Below are positions 41,209-51,129 of a stretch of 64,000 bases of DNA, in pieces. The notes beneath the pieces were generated by a model. It saw nothing but the letters and a program-made list of their open reading frames with translations. It searched no databases and was not told where the DNA came from. Position 1 is the first letter of the stretch; every line of letters starts with the position of its first letter. Source of the DNA: Fibrobacteria bacterium (GTDB lineage: Bacteria; Fibrobacterota; Fibrobacteria; UBA11236; JADFYW01); NCBI GenBank assembly GCA_965261055.1, contig OZ253440.1, positions 44,726-108,725 of the forward strand, written 5' to 3'. A program made the position numbers and the translations under genes.

Positions 41209-43740
41209 ATGCAAAAAATTATAGAGTATTATCAAAAGTATTTAAACTTTTCTCAAAAAAGACCATTAATTCCTTTGGGTTTGGCTATCACTTTAGCCTG
41301 TTTATGTATTATTCCAATTAAAAACATTAAGTTGGATAGTCAATTAGATAAACTTTTACCTAAAAATACGCCGACGATTCAAGCTTTAAATGAAACCAAT
41401 AAGCGTTTTGGTAGTGCTGATTTATTTACAATTTCTATCCAACATGAAGATCCTGTTGAGATTGTAAAAATTCAGAAAGAGATAAAAGCTCATATAGAAA
41501 AGGAATGGGATGACGCTCTTTATGTTCAAATGCAAAGAAAAAATGATTTTTTTGAAAAAAATGCGTTGTTGTATTTACCAACTGAAGAGCTTGAAAAAAT
41601 CATTACTAACTTGACGGATGTTCAACTTGAATTAAGTAAGAAAACAAGTTTAGTTGTTGATTTAGAAGAAAATAAAAGCAAAGAAAAAAGAGTTTGGTTT
41701 GATAAAGATTTACCTAAAAAATTAGGGTTACCGAGAGAGGCTGCAAGTGCGTTTAATAATTTTTTTACGTCAAAAGAAGAAAATAAAGTTGAAGTGGAGG
41801 GGCAAGAACAAGTAAAAGAATGGAATCCTAGATTAAATATTCCTGAAGAGTATCATTCTTATTTGATAGGAGAACATCCTGATGGAACGATGAATGGTGT
41901 TGTTCAGGCTTCGTTAAAATATTCTAGTTCTAATACAGATTATGTAAAAGACATTCGTGAGAGAACGCAACGCATTTTAGACCCAATTCGAAAACGCTAT
42001 GGAGATAAAATTGATGTTGGCATTGAGGGAAGTTATAACGCTTTGGAGGATGTTGAAAATTTAGCGAACAATGGACTCGTTGCAACTGTAATTTCAATTG
42101 TTGTGATTATTTTCTTAGTCATTTTCTTATTTAGAAGTGTGGGATCACTTATTGTGATTCTATTTCAAGTGACAATGAGCTCTATTTATACAGTTGGTGT
42201 TACTGGTTTGACTTATGGTCGTTTAAATTTATATACAGTATTTGTAATTGCTATTTTGCTTGGAATAGGAATTGATTATGCAATACATTATATGGGTCAT
42301 GCACAGCTTTCTCTAAAAAAAGATCGCAATTGGAATGGCATCTTTATCCATACATTTACTCTTTTATTTAAACCGATTGTTTTGGCTGCTGTCACAACAA
42401 TTGCTAGTTTATTGACTTTGCTTGCTGCTCGGTTTGTGGGTTTTTATGAATTTGGAGTGATTGCCAGTATTGGAGTTCTCTTTAGCTTGGTAAATGCTTT
42501 TTTGTTAATTCCTGTTGTTATTTTTGCTTTAGAAAAATTGGAGAAAATTCCAATACTCAATCTGTTTAGGATTCCTCCTAAAAAAGAAAAGATGTTAAAA
42601 GTTGGTTTAATTCAACGTTTCTTAGCTCCTTTGTCTTTAGCACTAATTATTGTTTCTTTGGGAGGAGCTTTTTTTATTAACAAAACAGAGTTTGAACACG
42701 ATTTTAGCAATTTGAGAGATAAAACTCCTAAAAAGAAGGCTAGTAATCGCCATGTTAGTGTTGCTTTAACAAGTAACAGAGCCAGTAGCCAGCCTATTGT
42801 CTCTTTAACCAGCAATGTGAAAACGATGGAGCTTTTACACGACACTCTTTTACATCGTTTAACAGTAGACAAAGATCCAATTTTAAGAAGTTTTTTAACA
42901 ATGTACACTTTTGTGCCACCTTTAGATAAACAAGAAGATCGTTTTGAACTTATAGAAGAAATAGGTGATCTTGTTTCGACTCGTGTTTTCAAGCGTAGTA
43001 AGGGCGAAGATTCAGCAATGATTGTACATCTTAAAGACATGACAGATATAGAAGTTTTTGATATTAATGATATTCCTTCTTGGGCTTCTCGTTTGTTATT
43101 AGAAAGAGATGGATCTGTAGGTAATTTAGGTTTTATTTATGGAAGTTTTCGTTCTTCTGATGCTAAAGCTGCCGCAGAGTTTCAAAATAAATATGGCTCG
43201 TTTAAGCTTAATGGTGAGAAAATTAAACTTTTTTCATCTAGTTTTATTTATGCTGAAATTATTCGTTTGGTCAAAGAAGATAGTTTAAAAATGTCTTGGC
43301 TTATTTTGTTGATTATTATTTTAACATTAGCATTAACTTTAAGGAAGGTTAAGCTTGTTTTAATTGTAACAATTGTATTTGTTGTGAGTATTTTATTGAT
43401 TGTTGGATCTATGGGTTTATTCAATGTTAAATTAGGACCTTTTAATTTGATTGTGATTCCAACGCTTTTGGGTGTTAGTGTTGATTCTGTGATTCATTTA
43501 TTAGTGTCTTATCAACATTACGGAAAAGATAATTTGGATAAAGTTTTTGGAATCACTGGAAAATTGGTTTTTGCTTCTGTGGTTACAACTTTAGCTGGTT
43601 ATTGTGGAATGTTATTTACAACACATCAAGGAATTAAAACAATAGGAATGTTAGCTTTATTGGGTTTCATTTTGTGTTTGTTGACAACAGTGATTTTAAC
43701 TCCATGGCTTTGTCAAAAATTAAAAGTTAAATCTGTTTAG
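41209..43740 (+). CDS. MMPL/RND family transporter
   Basis: Two TM bundles separated by large soluble loops; GIGIDYAIH and GVSVDSVIH; RBS AAGGA before ATG 41209. Confidence 0.88.
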   Translation: MQKIIEYYQKYLNFSQKRPLIPLGLAITLACLCIIPIKNIKLDSQLDKLLPKNTPTIQALNETNKRFGSADLFTISIQHEDPVEIVKIQKEIKAHIEKEWDDALYVQMQRKNDFFEKNALLYLPTEELEKIITNLTDVQLELSKKTSLVVDLEENKSKEKRVWFDKDLPKKLGLPREAASAFNNFFTSKEENKVEVEGQEQVKEWNPRLNIPEEYHSYLIGEHPDGTMNGVVQASLKYSSSNTDYVKDIRERTQRILDPIRKRYGDKIDVGIEGSYNALEDVENLANNGLVATVISIVVIIFLVIFLFRSVGSLIVILFQVTMSSIYTVGVTGLTYGRLNLYTVFVIAILLGIGIDYAIHYMGHAQLSLKKDRNWNGIFIHTFTLLFKPIVLAAVTTIASLLTLLAARFVGFYEFGVIASIGVLFSLVNAFLLIPVVIFALEKLEKIPILNLFRIPPKKEKMLKVGLIQRFLAPLSLALIIVSLGGAFFINKTEFEHDFSNLRDKTPKKKASNRHVSVALTSNRASSQPIVSLTSNVKTMELLHDTLLHRLTVDKDPILRSFLTMYTFVPPLDKQEDRFELIEEIGDLVSTRVFKRSKGEDSAMIVHLKDMTDIEVFDINDIPSWASRLLLERDGSVGNLGFIYGSFRSSDAKAAAEFQNKYGSFKLNGEKIKLFSSSFIYAEIIRLVKEDSLKMSWLILLIIILTLALTLRKVKLVLIVTIVFVVSILLIVGSMGLFNVKLGPFNLIVIPTLLGVSVDSVIHLLVSYQHYGKDNLDKVFGITGKLVFASVVTTLAGYCGMLFTTHQGIKTIGMLALLGFILCLLTTVILTPWLCQKLKVKSV

Positions 43741-43748
43741 GATATAGA

Positions 43749-44432
43749 ATGTCTTTAGAAGATGTGAAACCTAAGATAGAAGAGTCTTGGAAGAAGGTTT
43801 TAATGCCCTTCTTTCAAAAAGATTCTTTTGTCTCCTTAAAAAAATTTTTGGTAGAACGAAAAAAAATAGCGACGGTTTACCCTCCATCTTTTTTTATTTT
43901 TTCGGCTTTTAATCAAACCCCTTTTTCTAAGGTTAAAGTCGTTATATTAGGACAAGATCCGTATCACGGAGAGGGGCAGGCGAATGGATTATCTTTTTCT
44001 GTAACAGAAGGTCAAAGACAACCACCGTCTTTAAAGAATATTTTCAAAGAATTAGAAACAGATTTAAATTTAAGTTCTCCGAGTTCTGGAGATTTAAGTT
44101 CTTGGGCTAAACAAGGTGTTTTATTATTAAATGCAACATTGACTGTAGAAAAATCTAAACCTGGATCACACCAACAGCAGGGTTGGGAAACTTTTACAGA
44201 TAATGTTATTGAACAACTTTCTCAATCTAAAGAAAATTTGGTGTTTTTGTTGTGGGGAAAATTTGCACAGAGTAAAGAAATTTTAATTGATTCTAAAAAG
44301 CATCTTATTTTACAATCAACCCATCCTTCTCCTTTTTCTGCTCATAGAGGCTTTTTAGGTTGTCGGCATTTTTCAAAAACGAATGTGTATTTGGAACAAA
44401 ATAAAATAGCCTCTATTGATTGGAGACTATAA
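43749..44432 (+). CDS. ung: Uracil-DNA glycosylase, family 1
   Basis: ILGQDPYHG, GVLLLN, HPSPFS. Confidence 0.97.
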   Translation: MSLEDVKPKIEESWKKVLMPFFQKDSFVSLKKFLVERKKIATVYPPSFFIFSAFNQTPFSKVKVVILGQDPYHGEGQANGLSFSVTEGQRQPPSLKNIFKELETDLNLSSPSSGDLSSWAKQGVLLLNATLTVEKSKPGSHQQQGWETFTDNVIEQLSQSKENLVFLLWGKFAQSKEILIDSKKHLILQSTHPSPFSAHRGFLGCRHFSKTNVYLEQNKIASIDWRL

Positions 44433-44447
44433 AAATTTAAATGAGTC

Positions 44448-45536
44448 TTAGAAAATCCATTTTGCATCAAATTGGTATGTAGATTTTCCAGAATCAGGTT
44501 CTCCTGCAGCATCTGTTGTAAAGAACAGTTGAGATCCAAGTTGGAAACCTTTACGAATCGTAACTTTTCCAGAAATTTTGAGACCTTTGTTGTCTGTACC
44601 ACCATTTTGGAAATCTGAATCTGTGAAAGCACCTAATACAGCATTTGATTCTAATTTTTGGTATTCAGTTTTAACTTGCCATGTACCCACTTTCTTTTTA
44701 TTAGAATTACCTATTTGAACACCAGCAAGAAAACCCATTTTGTTAGAATTAGTAGCAACATTAGAAACAAAGTTTCCTATTAATTTAAGTGCTAAAGGTA
44801 GTCCAATTGCTTTACCTAAAGAAAATTGTCCATAAGTATCAACTACAGTAAAATCATTGATATAATTATCGTTAGAATCAACGTCATTTCCTTCATCAGC
44901 TCCTAGAGAACGACCTTTAAGGTTAGGGTATTTTGTTACACCAACACCAATATCAAAAAGTTTATTAATATTTGCACCAACTTGGATAGGAGTCATTCTT
45001 AAATCGGCAGATGGATTAGAACTTTCGCGTTCTGTTAATTGATAAAGTGCTGCTTGAGCATAGAAACCAGTTTTTCCAAATTTAGTTTTATATTGTAAAG
45101 TAAGCCCTTCTGGTCTTAAATCAGAGTCGTAAACTAAGCTAGTTCCTTGAGTTCTAAAAGGATTTTTGTATTTACCAGCTAAGATAGATAAATCTTTGAT
45201 AAACCAATGTTGGATATAAACTTGATTCAAGCTAATACCTTTAGTTGAAAAAGCACCACTTAAAGTTTGGTTTGTTGAAACTCTGTCTGTACTATCTGTA
45301 CTTCCAGAAGCGAGTTCAAATCCTAATTTAGTGTAGTTATGGATTTTACCATGAAATCCAAAGTTTAATTGGATACGGTGTCTTTGACGAAGTGACCTTG
45401 AAGCGTTTGCTTTGCGAGTCTCAAGCTGATTACGATAGCGAAAGCTACCTTTTAGCTTTAAGTTGGATAAGTCAGCAAAAGCCATTCCATTAAAGATAAT
45501 TAGAAGAGATACAACTTTAGTGATATTAGTTAACAT
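44448..45536 (-). CDS. Putative outer-membrane porin
   Basis: Signal peptide, GSFRYR, STNQTL, DSDLRPEG, FTDSDF..GTDNKG, C-terminal WIF. Confidence 0.75.
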   Translation of the reverse strand: MLTNITKVVSLLIIFNGMAFADLSNLKLKGSFRYRNQLETRKANASRSLRQRHRIQLNFGFHGKIHNYTKLGFELASGSTDSTDRVSTNQTLSGAFSTKGISLNQVYIQHWFIKDLSILAGKYKNPFRTQGTSLVYDSDLRPEGLTLQYKTKFGKTGFYAQAALYQLTERESSNPSADLRMTPIQVGANINKLFDIGVGVTKYPNLKGRSLGADEGNDVDSNDNYINDFTVVDTYGQFSLGKAIGLPLALKLIGNFVSNVATNSNKMGFLAGVQIGNSNKKKVGTWQVKTEYQKLESNAVLGAFTDSDFQNGGTDNKGLKISGKVTIRKGFQLGSQLFFTTDAAGEPDSGKSTYQFDAKWIF

Positions 45537-45627
45537 ATTTTATTTTCAATTTAGTTAAGATATCAACATGAAATTCAGAAAATACTAGTGAAGTTTGTTA
45601 ACAAAAAAATAGATAGGTGTTAGAAAA

Positions 45628-45825
45628 TTATTCTAGCTCTTTTAACATATTTTGCACCTTGGCTTCTGTTTGTGTTAAAACCTGTTTACAATTTTTAAGA
45701 AGCCTTCCGGCCTCCTCTATACGATCTGAAAGTACATCAATAGAAATGTTGGATTCATCTAAATCTTCTAGAATTTGATCAATTCTATCCATAGATTCTT
45801 GATAGTTAATTTTTTTTTGATTCAC
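45628..45825 (-). CDS. xseB: Exodeoxyribonuclease VII small subunit
   Basis: YQESMDRIDQILEDL...C...L; overlaps the xseA end. Confidence 0.9.
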   Translation of the reverse strand: MNQKKINYQESMDRIDQILEDLDESNISIDVLSDRIEEAGRLLKNCKQVLTQTEAKVQNMLKELE

Positions 45826-47230
45826 CTTTTAACCTTTTTTGAATGATTTGAGTTTGGATAATTCCTTCTTTGACTTCAATATCTAAAGGTTCTCCTTGAT
45901 CTAATTGATTAAAAAAAAGGATTTTTTGAGTTATAGGGTCTCTCAGAATGGCAAAGCCACGATTTAATATTTTTTGAGGATGTTGTTGCTGAATAAATGC
46001 TTCTTTTTGTTCAATACGCTGTTTCGATAACATAAAGTATTGTTTAAATTGACGCTGGAGGGTGTTGAGACGATGCAGCCATTCACTGTTTTGGTGTTTA
46101 ATTAGCTTTTTAGGTCCTCTTATTAGACCTTTGGTGTAATAGTGAATTGATTCTTTGTTTTTAATTAAAAAGCTTTTTGCATTGGTTTTAAGCTTATCTG
46201 ATTTATTTTCAATCAGTTGTTTTTCGTATAGGTGTCTTTGTTTATAAGCTTGTATAAGATTTTGACCATAGATTTTTAATCTATTTTTAATTTCTACCAG
46301 TAATTTATCTGTATAAGACTGTAATTTTTTTTGATGATTTTGTATTGTTTGTGTACATTGCAGAAGACTGTTTACGAGATATTGGGCACAATCCGTTGGA
46401 GTGATTAAATTTTCAAAAGCAACGATGTCAGCAATAGATTGATCTATTTCGTGACCAATTCCAGTTAAGATTGGGATGGGGTAGGATGCAATTGCTTTGG
46501 CAATTTTTTCAGAATCAAAATAAATCAAGTCTGTTTTAGCACCACCACCACGAATGAGACAAACGACGTCTAAGTTTAACTTTTCTAGTTCTTTTAATGC
46601 TTTTAAAACTTTGTGTTCTGTTTTATTTCCTTGCATTGTTGATGGGTAAAAGAAAATTTGAAAGGAATAAGAACTATTTAGTAAAATCGTTGTAAAGTCT
46701 TTGTAAGCTGCACTTAAAGGAGCTGTAATTAAACCAATTCTTAATGGATTTGAGGGTAATAATAAAGAAGAATTTTTGTCTAGCAAGTCCTCTTTTTTAA
46801 GTGTTTTTAAAGTTTTTTGTTTTGTTTGAGCGATTTCACTCATTGTAAAATTAGGATTGATATTTTCTACTTTAGGTTGAAACTTTCCCCAAGGAACATA
46901 AAATTTGGCTTTCAATAAAATACTTATTTTTATTTCTTGTTCCAATTGAAAAGGAGATGGAAGTTTAGAGAAATTCTGGTTGTATTTATCAAATTCCGCT
47001 TTCCATAACATTAAGTTTAAAGTTGCCTTGGGTGATGTATCACCTTCATTAAATTGAGAAATGGTTAAATAAACGGCTTTAGATCGTGTGTTAATTTGAC
47101 TAATTGTACCTTGAACCCAGACTAGAGGTGTTTCGTCTAGCCTTCTTTTTATGGAACGGTTGTAAGATTCTATAGAGTAGGGAGACTCATAGCCAATTTG
47201 TTCTTGACCTGTTTCGTTTTCATAAAACAT
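45806..47230 (-). CDS. xseA: Exodeoxyribonuclease VII large subunit
   Basis: OB fold, RIGLIT...AAYKDF, RGGG, TGIGHEID.SIAD, TPT, LNRGFA. Confidence 0.94.
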   Translation of the reverse strand: MFYENETGQEQIGYESPYSIESYNRSIKRRLDETPLVWVQGTISQINTRSKAVYLTISQFNEGDTSPKATLNLMLWKAEFDKYNQNFSKLPSPFQLEQEIKISILLKAKFYVPWGKFQPKVENINPNFTMSEIAQTKQKTLKTLKKEDLLDKNSSLLLPSNPLRIGLITAPLSAAYKDFTTILLNSSYSFQIFFYPSTMQGNKTEHKVLKALKELEKLNLDVVCLIRGGGAKTDLIYFDSEKIAKAIASYPIPILTGIGHEIDQSIADIVAFENLITPTDCAQYLVNSLLQCTQTIQNHQKKLQSYTDKLLVEIKNRLKIYGQNLIQAYKQRHLYEKQLIENKSDKLKTNAKSFLIKNKESIHYYTKGLIRGPKKLIKHQNSEWLHRLNTLQRQFKQYFMLSKQRIEQKEAFIQQQHPQKILNRGFAILRDPITQKILFFNQLDQGEPLDIEVKEGIIQTQIIQKRLKGESKKN

Positions 47231-47307
47231 GATAGGGAATATAGAAAAACAACTTATGTATATTTTTTATATTTTTTATCTTTAATAGTTTAATTTAATT
47301 CATAGTT

Positions 47308-49947
47308 ATGTATCAAACCTCTTGTAGCTCAAAGCAAATACGGCAGTCTTTTTTTGATTTTTTTATTGAAAAGAATCATCAATTTATTCGCTCTTCTCCT
47401 GTTAATGCAACAGGTGATTCTACTCTTCTATTTACGAATGCAGGAATGAATCAGTTTAAGGCTATTTTCATTGGAGAAAATAAAAATAATCTAAAGAGAG
47501 TTTATAATTCTCAAAAATGCATCCGTATTTCAGGTAAACACAACGATTTGGAGGTTGTTGGTAAAGACACCTATCATCATACTTTTTTTGAAATGTTAGG
47601 TAATTGGTCATTTGGTGATTATGGGAAAAAGGAGTCTATTCTCTGGGCTTGGGAGCTTTTAACAGAGGTCTGGAAAATTCCTAAGGAGCGTTTATTTGTA
47701 ACGGTTCATGATTCTGACGATGAAGCGAAACAAATTTGGTTGAATCAAACAGACCTAGATGAACACAGAATCATGATTTTTGGTGACAAAGATAATTTTT
47801 GGGAAATGGGAGATGTTGGACCTTGTGGACCTTGTTCCGAAATACATTATGATAATGGTTCCCTTGAAAGTCAAGATGAAACCTTTGAACATCCTATAGA
47901 GGGAGTTAATGGGGAAAATGATCGTTTTATTGAGATTTGGAATTTAGTTTTTATACAATTTCAAAGGTTAAAAAGTAAAAAGCTAGAGCCTCTTAAATCT
48001 AAGTATGTAGATACTGGAATGGGTTTTGAGCGTATTTGTGCGGTACTCCAAGGAGTTCACTCTAACTATGATATAGATTTGTTTAAAGCTTTGATTAAAA
48101 AAATAGAAGAGATTACAAAAGTCCCTTATCAATCACATGAAGAAGGAATTCCTCATCGTATTCTTGCTGATCATATCCGAGCTTTAGTTTTCTCAATTGC
48201 CGATGGAGTTACTTTAAGTAATGGTGGTCAAGGTTATGTCATGCGTCGTTTGTTGCGTAGGGCTTCTCGCTATGTTCTTCAGCTTAATCAAACAGAGCCT
48301 ATTTTATGTCAGCTTGTAAGTGTTTTAGTTTCTCAAATGTCTGATGTTTTTCCAGAATTAAAAGAAAGAGAAAGTTTTATTATTTCCGTTATTCAAAATG
48401 AGGAGCAACGATTTCAAAAAACATTGGGTCAAGGTTTAGAACGGTTTCAAAAAATTATATCTCAAAATAAAAAAGAGAATTTTAAAAACTTAACAGGAGA
48501 GCAAGTTTTTCTGTTATACGATACTTATGGGTTTCCTTTAGATTTAACAATCTTAATGGCTGAAGAAAAAGCTTTAGGTGTTGATATTGAAGGTTACGAA
48601 AAATGTATGCAAGAGCAGAATGATCGAGGACGCTCTAGTATTAAATTTGACAACACTCTTTCCAATGATGAAGAATGGGTAATCTTAGATCCTTCTTCAA
48701 ATTCAAATTTTTTAGGTTACGATTGTTATCAAAAAGCCTCTTCTATTTTGCGTTATCGAAAAGAAAATGATCGATTATTAATTGTGTTAAAAGAAACACC
48801 ATTTTATCCAGAAGGTGGTGGTCAAAAGGGAGATCATGGAACTTTAACTTTTGAAAATGGTGTTGTTTTAAAAGTGAAGGATACCTTTAAGAAATTTGAT
48901 ATGATTATTCATGACTGTGTTTTGGGTGATGCAGTTGATTTTAAAAACCAAGTTGTAGCAAATGTGAATCAAACTAAAAGACAAGCTACAGCTAAAAATC
49001 ATTCGTGTACACACCTTCTTCAACAGGCTTTGATTGATATTTTAGGAGGTCATATCCAACAGCAAGGCTCTATGATCAATGATGAGCGTTTACGATTTGA
49101 TTTCACTCATTTTAAAGGTTTAAGCGACGCAGAGTTAAAACAAGTAACAAATTGTGTGAATGAAAAAATACAGAGTAATTTAGATGTCTCTATACATCAC
49201 AGTTCGTTTGATGAAGCTAAAGAAAATGGAGTACTCGCATTTTTTAGTGAACAGTATGGTTCTGTTGTTCGTGCGATCAAAATGAGTGATTTTAGTCACG
49301 AACTTTGTGGTGGCACTCATGTTCAATCTACAGGTGAAATAGGTTGCTTCGTGATTGTTTCTGAAAGTGGAATTGCTGCAGGAGTTAGGCGTATTGAAGC
49401 TTTAACTGGTTTTAAAGCTTTAGAGTATTTTTCAAAACAAATAAATCATTTAAATCAAATTAGTTCAATATTGAAGGTTGGAGTTGGTTCTGAAGTACAA
49501 GGTGTCGAACAAGTTCTAAAGAAACTACAAGATCAAGAAGAAAGCCTTAGAAAAATTAAATCGATTCAGTATAAATCAGAAATTCAAAAAGAAGTCAACA
49601 AAATTCAGAAGTTAGGTTCTATCAATTATTTGTTTTCTATTCAAAAGAATGTTGATAAAAATGATTGGAAAGAAATCATAGATTCTTTTGAAAGTTTTTT
49701 ATCTAAGAACGCGATTTTTGTTTTAATGAATCAACGTGAAAATCAATTTTCAATTGTTTGTCTTGTACATTTCTCTTTGCAAAAACAAATACAAGCTGAA
49801 AAATTAATTAACGAAATTGTGAATCGATACAATGGAAAAGGTGGAGGGAGACCTAGTCGATCTCAAGCGAGAATACCTGTTTTAGATGATATTGAAGGTT
49901 TTAATATACACGTACAGAAAGTGATTCTAGAAAAGAGCTCAACTTAA
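47308..49947 (+). CDS. alaS: Alanine--tRNA ligase
   Basis: LLFTNAGMNQFK, HHTFFEMLGNWSFGDY, DTGMGFER, HSCTHLL, ELCGGTH, GVRRIEA. Confidence 0.98.
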   Translation: MYQTSCSSKQIRQSFFDFFIEKNHQFIRSSPVNATGDSTLLFTNAGMNQFKAIFIGENKNNLKRVYNSQKCIRISGKHNDLEVVGKDTYHHTFFEMLGNWSFGDYGKKESILWAWELLTEVWKIPKERLFVTVHDSDDEAKQIWLNQTDLDEHRIMIFGDKDNFWEMGDVGPCGPCSEIHYDNGSLESQDETFEHPIEGVNGENDRFIEIWNLVFIQFQRLKSKKLEPLKSKYVDTGMGFERICAVLQGVHSNYDIDLFKALIKKIEEITKVPYQSHEEGIPHRILADHIRALVFSIADGVTLSNGGQGYVMRRLLRRASRYVLQLNQTEPILCQLVSVLVSQMSDVFPELKERESFIISVIQNEEQRFQKTLGQGLERFQKIISQNKKENFKNLTGEQVFLLYDTYGFPLDLTILMAEEKALGVDIEGYEKCMQEQNDRGRSSIKFDNTLSNDEEWVILDPSSNSNFLGYDCYQKASSILRYRKENDRLLIVLKETPFYPEGGGQKGDHGTLTFENGVVLKVKDTFKKFDMIIHDCVLGDAVDFKNQVVANVNQTKRQATAKNHSCTHLLQQALIDILGGHIQQQGSMINDERLRFDFTHFKGLSDAELKQVTNCVNEKIQSNLDVSIHHSSFDEAKENGVLAFFSEQYGSVVRAIKMSDFSHELCGGTHVQSTGEIGCFVIVSESGIAAGVRRIEALTGFKALEYFSKQINHLNQISSILKVGVGSEVQGVEQVLKKLQDQEESLRKIKSIQYKSEIQKEVNKIQKLGSINYLFSIQKNVDKNDWKEIIDSFESFLSKNAIFVLMNQRENQFSIVCLVHFSLQKQIQAEKLINEIVNRYNGKGGGRPSRSQARIPVLDDIEGFNIHVQKVILEKSST

Positions 49948-49958
49948 TTTTATTGATT

Positions 49959-51044
49959 ATGAAAAATCTTGTTTTAAAAAATGTTACGAAATCATATCAA
50001 AGAACAGTTTTAGATGATGTTTCTTTTGAAATAAAACAAGGTGAGTTTATTTCTATTATTGGACCTTCTGGTTCTGGAAAAACCACTCTTTTACGTTGCC
50101 TAGCTGGCTTAGAAACTTTGACTAAAGGTTCTATCGTTTTAGATAAGGTTTCTTTTCATCTTTTAGATCCTCAAGAAAGAAACATTTCTATGGTTTTACA
50201 AGAGACGACTTTATTTCCTCAAATGAATGTTTTCAAGAATATTGCTTTTCCTTTAAAAAATAAAAAATACCCAAAAGATGTGATTCAAGAAAAAGTGCTT
50301 TGGGCTGTAAAGTGGTTGGGGATAGAGTCATTGTTGAAACAGTTACCACATACATTATCTGGGGGAGAACAGCAAAGAGTCGCTTTAGCAAGATCTATGG
50401 TTAAAGATTCAACATTATTTTTATTGGATGAACCATTATCTTCTTTGGATATACAAATTAAAACTATAATTCAAAATCAAATCAAGCAACTACATCAGGA
50501 AACAAAAAAGACAATTGTTTATATTACTCATGATCATATGGAAGCAATGAGTTTATCAGACCGCATTGTTGTTATGAAAGATGGAAAGTCTTTACAGATA
50601 GGTACTCCAAAACAATTATATCAAAGTCCTAATTGTCATTTTGTTGCTCAATTTATGAGTGAATGGGGTTTCTATACTTGGAGGATAAACTCTAGACAAA
50701 ATAAAGAAATACAGGAACAAGAACAGGAACAAGATTTTTTTGATAAACCTTCTTTCCTTCTTTCAATTTTAGATGAAAATAAACGCATCTCTTTTATGAG
50801 TGTACGATCGGAACACTTTCAGATAAGTGATATAAAACCAGAAAATGTTTTGTTTTCGTTTGAAGCAACGGTTATTAGAATTGAGTACTTGGGAAGTCGT
50901 CAAAAATTATATTTTAATTTAGAGGGTAATGTATTGTTTGTAATTGTGTCTTCTAATTTTGTGTGTCAATCTAGTGATAAATACCATTTTTTTGTTTTAG
51001 AAAGAGATGTTTTCTTTTTTGACGATTCTTTGAAGCGTTTATGA
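49959..51044 (+). CDS. ABC transporter ATP-binding protein, MalK/PotA-like
   Basis: GPSGSGKTT, LSGGEQQRVALAR, LLDEPLS, ITHDHMEAMSLSDRI, C-terminal TOBE-like region. Confidence 0.92.
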   Translation: MKNLVLKNVTKSYQRTVLDDVSFEIKQGEFISIIGPSGSGKTTLLRCLAGLETLTKGSIVLDKVSFHLLDPQERNISMVLQETTLFPQMNVFKNIAFPLKNKKYPKDVIQEKVLWAVKWLGIESLLKQLPHTLSGGEQQRVALARSMVKDSTLFLLDEPLSSLDIQIKTIIQNQIKQLHQETKKTIVYITHDHMEAMSLSDRIVVMKDGKSLQIGTPKQLYQSPNCHFVAQFMSEWGFYTWRINSRQNKEIQEQEQEQDFFDKPSFLLSILDENKRISFMSVRSEHFQISDIKPENVLFSFEATVIRIEYLGSRQKLYFNLEGNVLFVIVSSNFVCQSSDKYHFFVLERDVFFFDDSLKRL

Positions 51045-51129
51045 ATTGATTAATAAAGTACAATTAATGACAGCCTAAAAACCTATTAACATTTTTTAAT
51101 GATTTTGAAGATTATTGAAAATTTAATCT

